DNA of 64,000 nt. It comes from Candidatus Parcubacteria bacterium (GTDB taxonomy: Bacteria; Patescibacteriota; Minisyncoccia; Minisyncoccales; JAGMDC01). The translations under genes were made by a program, and so were the position numbers. Each line of letters opens with the position of its first letter. Within the stretch, counting starts at the first letter, position 1. Under the pieces are notes generated by a model. The model had not been told where the DNA came from. It saw only the letters and a list, made by a program, of their open reading frames with translations, and made no database searches. The DNA lies in the NCBI GenBank assembly GCA_023128895.1, contig JAGMDC010000003.1:70514-134513 (forward strand). The letters run 5' to 3'. Positions 10,289-19,776 of this stretch are shown piece by piece.

Positions 10289-10972
10289 TCATACTCTGCT
10301 TAATCCCTCTTTCCATCCATTAATTTTTCTCCTCAAGCGAGTCCCCTTGTGCACCAAAACTCTTAAATTACCGTAATGAGTATCGTGATTTGGATAAATT
10401 CTTTTTGATTTAGCTTTTATCAAAGTTGTCTTGGTAAATTGCGACAAAGGAATCCCCGTCACATTTGACCAATACTTTTCTACTTTTTTTACTCTTTCTT
10501 TATGAACTTCGTTAATCCTAATAGATAAAGAAAATCTTTCTTTAGAAACTTTACAAATTTCTTCAAACCATTTCAACATTAATAAAACTATCCGCGGGTC
10601 TGAATTTACAAAACCAACTTGGTCATTGCTTGAATGATTATATCCTTCACTCCAATATATTGAAATTCCGCTTATAAAAAGGTCTCGCCTACTAATTTTG
10701 CCTACTTCCTTTACCCCTTCTTTCTTTAATTTGGCTGTTTCTTCTATTCTGGTCTTTCTCACCTTTTCTAAAAAAATCATTCTTCCTTTATAACTACCGG
10801 CGCTTTGTTTCTTCGCCAATCTTTCAATTTGTTCAGGGGCGAGGGATATATCTCGACACCAACTGCTTATAGTGCCGCTTTTCTGCATATCAAGTTTTCT
10901 CGCAATTTCACTTATACTAAAACCTTTCTTGCGAAATTCTTGCGCTAAATATTTTTTCTTAATCACTGCCAT
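10289..10972 (-). CDS. HTH plus degenerate LAGLIDADG-like protein
   Basis: N-terminal GFSISEIARKL..TISSW HTH; LFISGISIYWSEG and VGFVNSDPRIVLLMLKWF motifs; ATG 10972 lies just after the tRNA. Confidence 0.65.
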   Translation of the reverse strand: MAVIKKKYLAQEFRKKGFSISEIARKLDMQKSGTISSWCRDISLAPEQIERLAKKQSAGSYKGRMIFLEKVRKTRIEETAKLKKEGVKEVGKISRRDLFISGISIYWSEGYNHSSNDQVGFVNSDPRIVLLMLKWFEEICKVSKERFSLSIRINEVHKERVKKVEKYWSNVTGIPLSQFTKTTLIKAKSKRIYPNHDTHYGNLRVLVHKGTRLRRKINGWKEGLSRV

Positions 10973-10990
10973 ATAAAAATATAAAACTTG

Positions 10991-11270
10991 TTGCGGTGCC
11001 TGGAATTGCACCAGGGTCTCGAGCTTCTTTTATATTAACCATTTGTTTCCAAATGGAATGGACTATCCCATCCCCCCGCTTACTTAAATGGGGGGCTCTC
11101 ATTATAGTCTCTGAACCTTCCGAGCGCTCAAAGCGTTGAGTGCTTGGCTTGGCTGCTGATTGTCCAATTAAGGAGTTCCCAGCAATTTCGAGAGTTTGTC
11201 TGCGGAATATTACTATTCCGAGCCACACAATCTGTATGGGGCTCGCAAGATACTACTTCTCCACACCGCT
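10991..11270 (-). tRNA. initiator-type tRNA-Met(CAT), intron-containing (exons 11270-11236 and 11026-10991)
   Basis: Spliced sequence AGCGGTG TGGAGAAGTAGTATCTTG CGAGC CC-CAT-AA GCTCG AGAC CCTGG TGCAATT CCAGG CACCGCA A; 1x72 mismatch, G2:C71, C3:G70, A11:U24. Confidence 0.85.
11027..11235 (-). ncRNA. group I intron, 209 nt, ORF-less
   Basis: 5' exon ends in U paired to IGS GTGTGGCTC; P (AAATTGCTGGGAA), Q (AATCAGCAG), R (GTTCAGAGACTA), S (GGGATAGTCC); P3 CTCTC/GAGAG, P7 GACTA/TAGTC; terminal G. Confidence 0.92.
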
Positions 11271-11376
11271 ATAAAAAAAATATCTACGAAAAATTTTCGT
11301 TGTATATCTATATCATACCGTAAAATAAAAAAAAATCAAGGCGCGGCGCGCTTTGAATTATATCTGCGTGAATATT

Positions 11377-11940
11377 TTACAGCAATCCCAAACTAATTAA
11401 TACAGATCTGTATGTTTCTAAAATTTTCTTTGTTTGTTCCGCTTCTAATTTGAAATCGGGATCCGCAATAATATAATTTCTGTTCTTATGCGCTTTTAGC
11501 AATTGTTCTTTGTCTTTGAAAATCATTGGACTTAAATTTTTAACTTTTTCTTCAAATGTCTTACCTGAATAACCTGATTTTTTCAGCATCTCGTCAAGCA
11601 AAGAATCCGCTTCTATCACTGCCAGCTTATATTCTGTTTCCCTGCCTGTGTCTATTTTCTTAAAAATCCTGTCCCACTGTTTAGTCAATCGTTTTACGCC
11701 ATACGGTTTGAAAGTTAAAAACTGAACAATATTTTCTACATACCTTAGCCGCAGCCAATCGGTCTTGGCAATGAGAAATACCAGCCATAAAATCAAAAAC
11801 AAAGAAAAGGCCCAAAATATCGGCTTTGCAATCCCTAAAATCTGTTGCATTACCAAGGGCATTTCTGTTTGCGCGACTTGCGCGAATATTACCTGCGGTT
11901 CAAAACTTTCAATATATGAAATAATGTCTTTTGGCTCCAT
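11377..11940 (-). CDS. conserved hypothetical membrane protein
   Basis: One TM segment followed by KLAVIEADSLLD..GKTFEEK..AHKNRNYII helical domain. Confidence 0.75.
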   Translation of the reverse strand: MEPKDIISYIESFEPQVIFAQVAQTEMPLVMQQILGIAKPIFWAFSLFLILWLVFLIAKTDWLRLRYVENIVQFLTFKPYGVKRLTKQWDRIFKKIDTGRETEYKLAVIEADSLLDEMLKKSGYSGKTFEEKVKNLSPMIFKDKEQLLKAHKNRNYIIADPDFKLEAEQTKKILETYRSVLISLGLL

Positions 11941-11974
11941 ACTCTAAATTATTCTAAATTCTAAATTCTAAATT

Positions 11975-13411
11975 CTATACCCTATATTCTAATTCCCTCG
12001 CGATGTCTAAAATTTTTTCTTCTTCAAACACATTACCGATAAGTTGAAGCCCTACTGGAAGATTATCAACTTTGCCGCACGGCAAAGACAAAGCAGGCAG
12101 GCCAGCCAAATTCACTGAAATAGTGAAAATATCAGAAAGATACATAGTAATAGGGTCGTCAACTTTTTCTCCGAGTTTGAAAGCAGTAGTGGGCGAAACT
12201 GGCGCCATAATAACATCTATATCCTGAAACGCTTTATTAAAATCCTCAATAATTCTTGTTCTCACTTTCTGCGCCTTCAAATAATACGCGTCATAATATC
12301 CAGCGGAAAGCGCGTAAATCCCAAGCATAATCCTGCGCCGAACTTCCTTGCCAAAGCCCTTTCCTCTTGTCTGTAAATATACATCCAAAAGATTATCCTG
12401 ATTTTTGGATTCTGAATAACCGTATTTTATTCCGTCAAATCTCGCGAGATTGGCGCTTGCTTCAGACGGAGAAATAATATAATAAACAGCTAACGCGTAT
12501 TTTGTGTGAGGCAAAGAGATTTCCTTTATTTTCGCGCCCATTTTCTCGTATTGTTTAATCGCGCTTCTGATTGTTTTCTCAACTTCCGGATTTATGCCTT
12601 TTACAAAATATTCCTTCGGAACCCCTATTCTTAAATTTTGAATTTTGCTTTGCCACGCCGTAGTTTTAGCGGAGGCGGGATTTATTTCTACGCTTGTGGA
12701 ATCCATCTCGTCTCTGCCGCGTATCGCGTTAAACACTATTTTAGCGTCCTCAACTGTTTTCGTTATTGGTCCAATCTGGTCCAAAGAAGAAGCAAACGCG
12801 ATTAAACCATTCCTGGAAACAGCGCCGTAACTCGGCTTCAGCCCGACTACTCCGCAAAAAGACGCCGGCAAACGGACAGACCCGCCGGTGTCAGAGCCAA
12901 GCGCGAAAGCGCACTCGTCTGCCGCAACCGCCGCGGCTGACCCTCCTGAAGAACCGCCCGGTACGCGCTCCAAATCGCAGGGATTTTTTGTGGGCCCAAA
13001 CGCGGAATTTTCTGTTGACGAACCCATTGCAAATTCGTCTAAATTTGTTTTTCCTAAAAACACACTCCCCTGCTTATTAAGTTTTTTTATTACTCCAGCA
13101 TCGTATGGGGCGATATAATTTTCTAAAATTTTTGAACCGGCAGTGCTTTGTTCTCCTTTAATCAAAATATTATCTTTAATGGCGCAGGGAATTCCAGCAA
13201 GCAGCGGCAATTTTTCGTTTTTAAAAATTAAATCATCAATTTTTTTTGCCTGTTCTATTGCTAACTTTTCAGTAACATGTAAATAAGCGAAAATATCCTT
13301 ATCGCTTTGTTTTATTTTATCTAAATACGCGTTAGCCAATTCTAATGCTGAAAATTTTTTATCTTTCAGTCCCTGATGAGTTTGTGTGATTGTAAGAGTA
13401 GTCAAATTCAC
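11975..13411 (-). CDS. gatA: Asp/Glu-tRNA amidotransferase subunit A
   Basis: Amidase signature GKTNLDEFAMGSS, PGGSSGGSAAAVA, GSDTGGSVR; EVRRRIMLG. Confidence 0.97.
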   Translation of the reverse strand: MNLTTLTITQTHQGLKDKKFSALELANAYLDKIKQSDKDIFAYLHVTEKLAIEQAKKIDDLIFKNEKLPLLAGIPCAIKDNILIKGEQSTAGSKILENYIAPYDAGVIKKLNKQGSVFLGKTNLDEFAMGSSTENSAFGPTKNPCDLERVPGGSSGGSAAAVAADECAFALGSDTGGSVRLPASFCGVVGLKPSYGAVSRNGLIAFASSLDQIGPITKTVEDAKIVFNAIRGRDEMDSTSVEINPASAKTTAWQSKIQNLRIGVPKEYFVKGINPEVEKTIRSAIKQYEKMGAKIKEISLPHTKYALAVYYIISPSEASANLARFDGIKYGYSESKNQDNLLDVYLQTRGKGFGKEVRRRIMLGIYALSAGYYDAYYLKAQKVRTRIIEDFNKAFQDIDVIMAPVSPTTAFKLGEKVDDPITMYLSDIFTISVNLAGLPALSLPCGKVDNLPVGLQLIGNVFEEEKILDIARELEYRV

Positions 13412-13686
13412 AATATTGGTTTAACTTTTACATATCTATTTTTTGTTTCTGGTGCTGATTTCACTAATTGAGCAACTGTTTTCGGCAATTGTTTTTTCGC
13501 CACATCCTCTCTAACAATATTTTCCAAAAAATAAGCATGGCTTGTTGGTTTGACATCAGAGACATCCACTTGTTCTAATTCTTTAAAAAAATCAAAAATC
13601 GAAGAAAGTTCTTTTTGTATTTTTGCCAGTTCCTGCGCTGACAATCCCAAACGCGCCAATTTAGCAATGTGTTTAACATCAAACAT
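13408..13686 (-). CDS. gatC: Asp/Glu-tRNA amidotransferase subunit C
   Basis: VKHIAKLARL, ENIVREDV, YVKVKPIL; overlaps the gatA start. Confidence 0.95.
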   Translation of the reverse strand: MFDVKHIAKLARLGLSAQELAKIQKELSSIFDFFKELEQVDVSDVKPTSHAYFLENIVREDVAKKQLPKTVAQLVKSAPETKNRYVKVKPIL

Positions 13687-13690
13687 AATT

Positions 13691-14764
13691 TTACTTGGGT
13701 GGTTCTAATTCCTCTGCGTCTACAAGCACTTCCTGAAGTTCGTCAAGATTCTCTAACACCATTCCAGCACCGCGCGCTACTGCTGTTAAAGGGTCGTCAA
13801 TAATCTTGCAGGGAATTTTTGTTTCTTTGGTAATTAAAGTATCAAGGCCCCTTAAAAGCGAACCGCCGCCGCCTAAATGTATGCCTTTAGACATAATGTC
13901 GGCTAATAACTCCGGCGGGGTCTCTTCTATTGTTGTTTTGACCATATCAACAATCTGCTTTACTGATTTTTCCAAAGCCCTGCGAATATCTTGGTCTGTT
14001 ACTGCAATTTCTTCAGGCAAACCAGTAACTAAATTTCTTCCCCTAATAGGCATTTCTCTTTTTTCTTTCAACGGATACGCGGATCCAATACCGATTTTGA
14101 CATCTTCAGCTGTTCTTTCCCCCACCAACAGCTTAAACTCCTCCTGCGCAAAATAAATAATGTCTTGATTCAACTTATCACCTGCTATTCTCAAACTTTT
14201 AGAAATCACCAAGCCGCCCAAAGATATCACCGCGATTTCAGTGGTACCGCCGCCAATGTCCACAATAAAATTTCCGCCCGCTTCCTGAACAGGAAGACGC
14301 GCGCCAATAGCAGACGCCATTGGCTGTTCTATTAAATACACTTTTCTCGCGCCGGCTGATTTAGTGGCGTCCTGAACCGCCTTTTTTTCCACCTCTGTTA
14401 CTCCGCAGGGAATGCCAATAATCACCCGCGGAGAAGAAATCAGCATAAATTTGCTTTTGCGAATTTTCTCAATAAAATATTTTAGCATCTGTTCTGTCAC
14501 TTCAAAATCAGAAATAACTCCTTTTACCAAAGGACGAGTGGCAACAATATTGCCCGGAGTTCTGCCAACCATTTTTTTTGCCTCGTTTCCAATGGCAAGA
14601 ACTCTGCCTGTCTTTTGGTTTATCGCGACAACAGACGGTTCTGAAATAACAATTCCTCTGCCACGGACATAAACTAAAGAATTTGCCGTACCCAAATCAA
14701 TGGCAATATCCTGCGAAAAACGAGAAAGAATTTTATTTAAAATATTTGTAATTTTGATATGCAT
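13691..14764 (-). CDS. mreB: rod shape-determining protein MreB
   Basis: IAIDLGTAN, EPSVVA, VDIGGGTTE, GGGSLL. Confidence 0.95.
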   Translation of the reverse strand: MHIKITNILNKILSRFSQDIAIDLGTANSLVYVRGRGIVISEPSVVAINQKTGRVLAIGNEAKKMVGRTPGNIVATRPLVKGVISDFEVTEQMLKYFIEKIRKSKFMLISSPRVIIGIPCGVTEVEKKAVQDATKSAGARKVYLIEQPMASAIGARLPVQEAGGNFIVDIGGGTTEIAVISLGGLVISKSLRIAGDKLNQDIIYFAQEEFKLLVGERTAEDVKIGIGSAYPLKEKREMPIRGRNLVTGLPEEIAVTDQDIRRALEKSVKQIVDMVKTTIEETPPELLADIMSKGIHLGGGGSLLRGLDTLITKETKIPCKIIDDPLTAVARGAGMVLENLDELQEVLVDAEELEPPK

Positions 14765-15975
14765 TTGATTAATCTAATTTGTTTCTTATTTCTTTGTTTA
14801 ACTTCTACGCAATTTTTCTCCAAAGTTTTTTCGCTTACAACAATTCTATAAGGTATCCCCATTAAATCAGCATCGGCAAACTTTTCGCCCGGCGACTTGT
14901 CTTCTCTATCGTCATACAATATTTCAATTCCTTGTTTTTCTAAATCTTGATATACTTTCTCTGTTTGTTTTTTAATTTTCAAGTTATTGCCTATTTGAAT
15001 TAAATGCGCTTGATACGGCGCAATCTCTTTTGGCCAGATAATTCCTTTGTCATCGTGATGAATTTCTACAACCGCGCCCATCAAACGAGGAAGTCCAATG
15101 CCGTAACAGCCCATTTCCACTAATTTTTTTGAGCCGTCTTGAGCTGTAAAAAAGAAATTAAACGGTTCAGTATATTTTGTCCTTAATTTAAAAATATTGC
15201 CAGCTTCTATGGCTTTTTCCTGCCTAAACTTTGTTTTACCGCACTCAGGGCATTTTGAATGTTCCTGTTTAATTTCCTTATTAATGGCTAATCCGCAATT
15301 TTCGCAAATATAAATAGTATCCTCTCCAGCAGAAGTTATTGTTTGAAATTCATGAGAATATTTTGAAAAACTTCCGCCGCTCGCCAAAGTTAGATGAGTC
15401 TGCAAACCAATCCCGCATCGCTTGAATATCTTAAAATACGCTTTCTTGGCTTTCTCATAATAAATATCCAAATCCTTTTCTGAAGTATGGAAAGAATACA
15501 AATCTTTCATAACAAATTCCTTGCTCCTTAAAATACCTGATTTAGCTCTTAATTCGTCTCTGAATTTATCCTGAATTTGATACACATAGCAAGGTAAATC
15601 CTTGTATGACGAAACATATTTCTGGACTAATGGAACAATAACTTCTTCGTGAGTGGCTCCTAAACCGTACTCCTGCCCTGATTTTCCTTTGACTTTATAA
15701 AGTTCTTCAAAAATTTTCCACCTATTTGTTTGCTCCCAATTTTTTTTTGGAACTAATGCGGGCATTAAAATTCTTTGCCCTCCAATTGCCTGTATTTCTT
15801 CACAAATTATTTTCTCAATTTTTTCCAAAACGCGCAACCCCGTTGGCAAAAAAACATAAACGCCAGCGCTCAATTTATCAACAAAACCAGCCCTTATTAA
15901 AAACTGAGCATTAACGCTTTTCTCATCTTTCGGCGCTTGTTTAACTGTTTTGGTGAACAATTTTGACTGCCTCAT
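14737..15975 (-). CDS. proS: prolyl-tRNA synthetase (short form, no editing domain)
   Basis: MRQSKLF, ATHEE, KFRDELR, EFVMKDLYSF, MGCYGIG, GEKFADADLMGIP. Confidence 0.95.
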   Translation of the reverse strand: MRQSKLFTKTVKQAPKDEKSVNAQFLIRAGFVDKLSAGVYVFLPTGLRVLEKIEKIICEEIQAIGGQRILMPALVPKKNWEQTNRWKIFEELYKVKGKSGQEYGLGATHEEVIVPLVQKYVSSYKDLPCYVYQIQDKFRDELRAKSGILRSKEFVMKDLYSFHTSEKDLDIYYEKAKKAYFKIFKRCGIGLQTHLTLASGGSFSKYSHEFQTITSAGEDTIYICENCGLAINKEIKQEHSKCPECGKTKFRQEKAIEAGNIFKLRTKYTEPFNFFFTAQDGSKKLVEMGCYGIGLPRLMGAVVEIHHDDKGIIWPKEIAPYQAHLIQIGNNLKIKKQTEKVYQDLEKQGIEILYDDREDKSPGEKFADADLMGIPYRIVVSEKTLEKNCVEVKQRNKKQIRLIKCISKLQIF

Positions 15976-16064
15976 ATTATTTAATCTTATCCCAAAATTC
16001 AAAATTAATCAAATTAAAAATTCCGAGAAATCTTCTCGGAATTTTTAATTTCTACAAGTAATTG

Positions 16065-17147
16065 TTAAAACAAGCGTTGAATATCTTTGAATGTGACGAA
16101 AATCAATAATAATATTAATAGATAGAAAAAGAAAACCGTGAGATTCTGTTCAACTTTTTGGGACACTGGCTTTTTTCTGATTGCCTCAATTCCCAAGAAT
16201 ACTAATTTGCCGCCGTCCAACGCGGGAATCGGCAAAATATTAAACAGCGCCAGGAAAATAGAAATTGTGGCTATAAGCTGAATAAAATAACTCGCGCCCA
16301 AAGAACTCATTTTAGCCAATAAGCCAAAAATTCCTACTGGACCCATTACTTGCGCTCCTGCCGGCATTCCCTGTCCGTTGATTAAATTGGAAATCACCAT
16401 GCCCCAGCCGCGCACAGCGCCGATAGTCAAATCAACAACGCTTATCGCGCCATGGATTGGCGCTTCATACCAGGGATAGGATTTTGTTGATGTTCTTATT
16501 AAACCCACTCCCATAGCGCCTTCGTTTTCAGGCGGCTCTTTCCTTGGCGTCAAACCTGTTTCAAAAATTTTCTCTCCTCTTTCAATGGTCAAAAATATTT
16601 CCTTGCCTAAATTCTCTCTAACTAATTCCTGCAATTCTACAACTTTGTCAATTTCTGTTCTTGAGTCCCCGGCGTTAATTTTTATTACAGCGTCTCCGGG
16701 CATTAATCCCGCTTGTTCCGCTGGCGAATTCGGCGCAATCATTATCACGCGAACCCTGGGGTCTATTAAGCCCTGCGCCTCATCACTCACAGCCGCCGGT
16801 ACGCCAAGACTCAATGCTATGCTAATAAGAATCCAGGAAATAATCCAGAACATTACAACACCGCCGAGAACAATTAACATTCTCTGGTAAATCGGTTTCT
16901 TGGCAAAACTTTTTATATCTTCTATGCCGCCCTCTTCTCCCCTGACCCTCACAAACGCGCCTAAAGGAATAAGATTTAATGAATAAATCGTATCCCCTAT
17001 TTTTTTGCCGAAAATGCGCGGCGGATAACCAATGCCAAATTCGTCAACAGCCACCCCGAATTTCTTGGCTAAAATAAAATGCCCGAACTCATGCAGGACA
17101 ATTAAACTCATCAAAGCGATAAACGCTATAATAATAGTAAAAACCAT
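16065..17147 (-). CDS. rseP: RIP metalloprotease RseP (M50 with PDZ)
   Basis: HEFGH, PLGAFV, PDZ SPAEQAGL, NILPIPALDGG. Confidence 0.92.
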   Translation of the reverse strand: MVFTIIIAFIALMSLIVLHEFGHFILAKKFGVAVDEFGIGYPPRIFGKKIGDTIYSLNLIPLGAFVRVRGEEGGIEDIKSFAKKPIYQRMLIVLGGVVMFWIISWILISIALSLGVPAAVSDEAQGLIDPRVRVIMIAPNSPAEQAGLMPGDAVIKINAGDSRTEIDKVVELQELVRENLGKEIFLTIERGEKIFETGLTPRKEPPENEGAMGVGLIRTSTKSYPWYEAPIHGAISVVDLTIGAVRGWGMVISNLINGQGMPAGAQVMGPVGIFGLLAKMSSLGASYFIQLIATISIFLALFNILPIPALDGGKLVFLGIEAIRKKPVSQKVEQNLTVFFFYLLILLLIFVTFKDIQRLF

Positions 17148-17171
17148 AAATTAGATATTAAATATTAAATA

Positions 17172-17726
17172 TTACGATTCTATTTCTTTTCTCTTATTCT
17201 CTCCCATTTCCTCAACTTTTTTGTTATATTTGTCAACCAAATCCTGCAAATCATCTTTTGCCCTGTACTTATTGTCTTCTGAAATCTCCCCTGCCATTTG
17301 CTTGTCTTGAATTTCTCTCCACGCATCCTCCCTCCAATGCCTTATTGTTTTTCTCGCGTCTTCCTGCTTTTCAGAAATAAATTTTAACAAATTTTTTCTA
17401 TATTCTTCTGTCAGCGGAGGAAAACTTAAACGAATTGTTTCCTTGTCTACTATTGGCGAAGCAACAACTGCGGACTGGGCAATAGATTTTTCAATCGACT
17501 CTAAATACGACTTATCCCAGGGCTGAATAACAATCTCACGCGGCCCTGTCACAGAAATCGTGGCTAATTGCTTTAAGGGAAACTTCTGGCCAAAACAATC
17601 CGCAACAATATCTTCAACTAAAGAAGGAGAGACTCTGCTCGTCCTTAATTTCGCCATCTCTTTTTCCAAAAATTCAATCACCTTTTCCATTTCCGGCTCA
17701 ATTTTTTTAATAATCTCATCATACAT
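17172..17726 (-). CDS. frr: ribosome recycling factor
   Basis: LRTSRVSPSLVE, IQPWDKS, PPLTEEYRK; start at MYDEII. Confidence 0.95.
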   Translation of the reverse strand: MYDEIIKKIEPEMEKVIEFLEKEMAKLRTSRVSPSLVEDIVADCFGQKFPLKQLATISVTGPREIVIQPWDKSYLESIEKSIAQSAVVASPIVDKETIRLSFPPLTEEYRKNLLKFISEKQEDARKTIRHWREDAWREIQDKQMAGEISEDNKYRAKDDLQDLVDKYNKKVEEMGENKRKEIES

Positions 17727-17765
17727 ATATTTTATGATAGCAAAAACTCTGCTATCCGACAAGGA

Positions 17766-18734
17766 TCAAAATTCTAACATCAGGGTTTCAAGGGCTAATC
17801 TGGTATTGATGTTAGTCGTAGCAAAAGAAAACTGGAGTTTTGAAATGGTCTTAATAATTTTTTGCAATTGTATTAGAGAATAATTTTTCTGTTTTGGATT
17901 CTGTTCCGCGGATTTCAAAGTATTTATTATTCTGTTCCTAATATGCCTGGACCAAATACTCAAGACTTTTTTAATGTCCTGCGGCTCTTGTTTAGACAAT
18001 TCCTGGACATATTGGAATCGCGCGAACAAATCAAATTGGCTCAATTTATTAAAATCTTTTACTCTTTGCTCTATCTCCAGCAATTTTTTTGGGTCTTTTA
18101 AAAAATTCAACGCCAAACCAGGCCTGCCCAAAGAAAAATCAACAATTTTTTCAATTTGAGATTCAGGAACACTTTGTTCTTTAATTTCCGCGCTGATTTC
18201 GCTTTTATCCACTAAAGAAAATTTAATTTTCTGAACCCTGGACAAAATGGTAGGCAAAATTCTGTCGGGATATTCAGTTATTAAAATAAAAAGCGCCCTT
18301 CCTTTTGGTTCTTCCAAAGTTTTCAAAAAAGAATTCTGCGCTTCCTGAGTCATAGAATGCGCCTGGTCTATCACGGCTGTCTTGAATAAAGAACGAGACG
18401 GGCTTAAAGAAAAATAATACTCTAATTTTCTTAATTGCGCGATTTTCATTTCTTTGTTGTCCGGCTTTAATAATGTAAAATCCGGAAAAATTCCTTTTTC
18501 AATATCACGGCAATTGCGGCAAACCCCGCATGGCTTGTTTGACTCTTTCTCGCCCGCCTGCAACGCTTTCGGCGTAGCCGATGCGGGCAGGCAATTCAGA
18601 AATTTAATAAATTCTATGGCTAATGTTTTCTTGCCAATATGCGACGGCCCATAAAATAAATAAGCGTGGGAAAGCCGTCCCAGCTTATAGGAATTTTCTA
18701 AAAATTTCCATTGTTTTTGATGCCCTAAAATCAT
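17766..18734 (-). CDS. holB: DNA polymerase III delta-prime subunit
   Basis: SHAYLFYGP..GK, PCGVCRNC, AQNSFLKTLEEP, LPTILSR. Confidence 0.92.
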   Translation of the reverse strand: MILGHQKQWKFLENSYKLGRLSHAYLFYGPSHIGKKTLAIEFIKFLNCLPASATPKALQAGEKESNKPCGVCRNCRDIEKGIFPDFTLLKPDNKEMKIAQLRKLEYYFSLSPSRSLFKTAVIDQAHSMTQEAQNSFLKTLEEPKGRALFILITEYPDRILPTILSRVQKIKFSLVDKSEISAEIKEQSVPESQIEKIVDFSLGRPGLALNFLKDPKKLLEIEQRVKDFNKLSQFDLFARFQYVQELSKQEPQDIKKVLSIWSRHIRNRIINTLKSAEQNPKQKNYSLIQLQKIIKTISKLQFSFATTNINTRLALETLMLEF

Positions 18735-18757
18735 AAACTAAAACATCAAAGTTCAAA

Positions 18758-19765
18758 TTACTTCTTTGACATTATGCTTTTCTTATATATATCCAAATTT
18801 TCCAAAACCGCGCCAGTGCCTTTTGCAACGCAAAGCAAAGGATTTTCCGCCACGAAACAAGGAACCCCTGTTTCCTGAGAAATTTTTTCCTCAATATTTC
18901 TTAATAAAGCCCCTCCTCCGGAAATTACCATTCCTTTATCCATTATGTCTGCTGAAATCTCAGGCGGCGTTTCCCTTAAGACAATTTTCACATTTTGAAT
19001 TATTTCATTTAAGACATCTGAAGTCGCTTCACAAATCTCGTTAGACGAAACCTTAATTGTTCTTGGGAGCCCTGAAATCAAATCCCTTCCCCTGATTTCC
19101 AATTTTTTTTCTTCTTTCTCGGGCAAAGCTGTCCCGATTTTTATCTTTATATCTTCCGCTGTTTGTTCCCCTACCGCTAAATTGTGCTTTCTTTTAATGT
19201 ACTCTGATATTACATAATTAATTTTATCGCCGGCCACTCTTAACGAAGACGATGTTACAATCCCGCCCAAAGAAATAGCCGCTACTTCAGAAGTGCCTCC
19301 TCCAATATCTACTATTAAATGCCCAGAACAAGTATTAATGGGAATACCAGCGCCAATTGCCGCTAAAATCGGCTCTTTCGCGATATACACCGCTTTCGCG
19401 CCTGCGTTCATTCCCGCCTCTATTACTGCCCTCTTTTCTGTGGAAGTAATTCCGGCAGGGACGGCAATCATTAATTCCGGTTTAAAAAATCGGAACGAAC
19501 CGACAACTTTAACAATAAAATACCTGATCATTGCCTGCGTTACTCTAAAATCAGCAATTACGCCGTCTTTTAACGGCCTGTAAACTTTAATAGTGCCTGG
19601 AGTTCTGCCTATCATTTCCTTTGCCTGCGCCCCTACTGCCAAAATTTTATTCTCGTCTAAAGATACCGCCACAACTGACGGCTCCTGCAAAACAATGCCT
19701 TTGTTTGGAACAAAAACCAAAGAGTTTGCTGTTCCTAAATCTATGCCAATTTTTTTAATAAACAT
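18758..19765 (-). CDS. mreB: rod shape-determining protein MreB/Mbl (second paralog)
   Basis: IGIDLGTAN, PLKDGVIAD, VDIGGGTSE. Confidence 0.95.
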   Translation of the reverse strand: MFIKKIGIDLGTANSLVFVPNKGIVLQEPSVVAVSLDENKILAVGAQAKEMIGRTPGTIKVYRPLKDGVIADFRVTQAMIRYFIVKVVGSFRFFKPELMIAVPAGITSTEKRAVIEAGMNAGAKAVYIAKEPILAAIGAGIPINTCSGHLIVDIGGGTSEVAAISLGGIVTSSSLRVAGDKINYVISEYIKRKHNLAVGEQTAEDIKIKIGTALPEKEEKKLEIRGRDLISGLPRTIKVSSNEICEATSDVLNEIIQNVKIVLRETPPEISADIMDKGMVISGGGALLRNIEEKISQETGVPCFVAENPLLCVAKGTGAVLENLDIYKKSIMSKK

Positions 19766-19776
19766 AATTCTTGATT

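Noticed and set aside
10959-11396. ORF-track ORFs 10959-11228(-), 11196-11396(+) and also 9959-10159(+)
   Set aside because: They overlap tRNA exons or the group I intron core and are spurious translations
13691-19765. Two mreB paralogs as a novelty
   Set aside because: Multiple MreB/Mbl paralogs are common in bacteria; both look intact and ordinary
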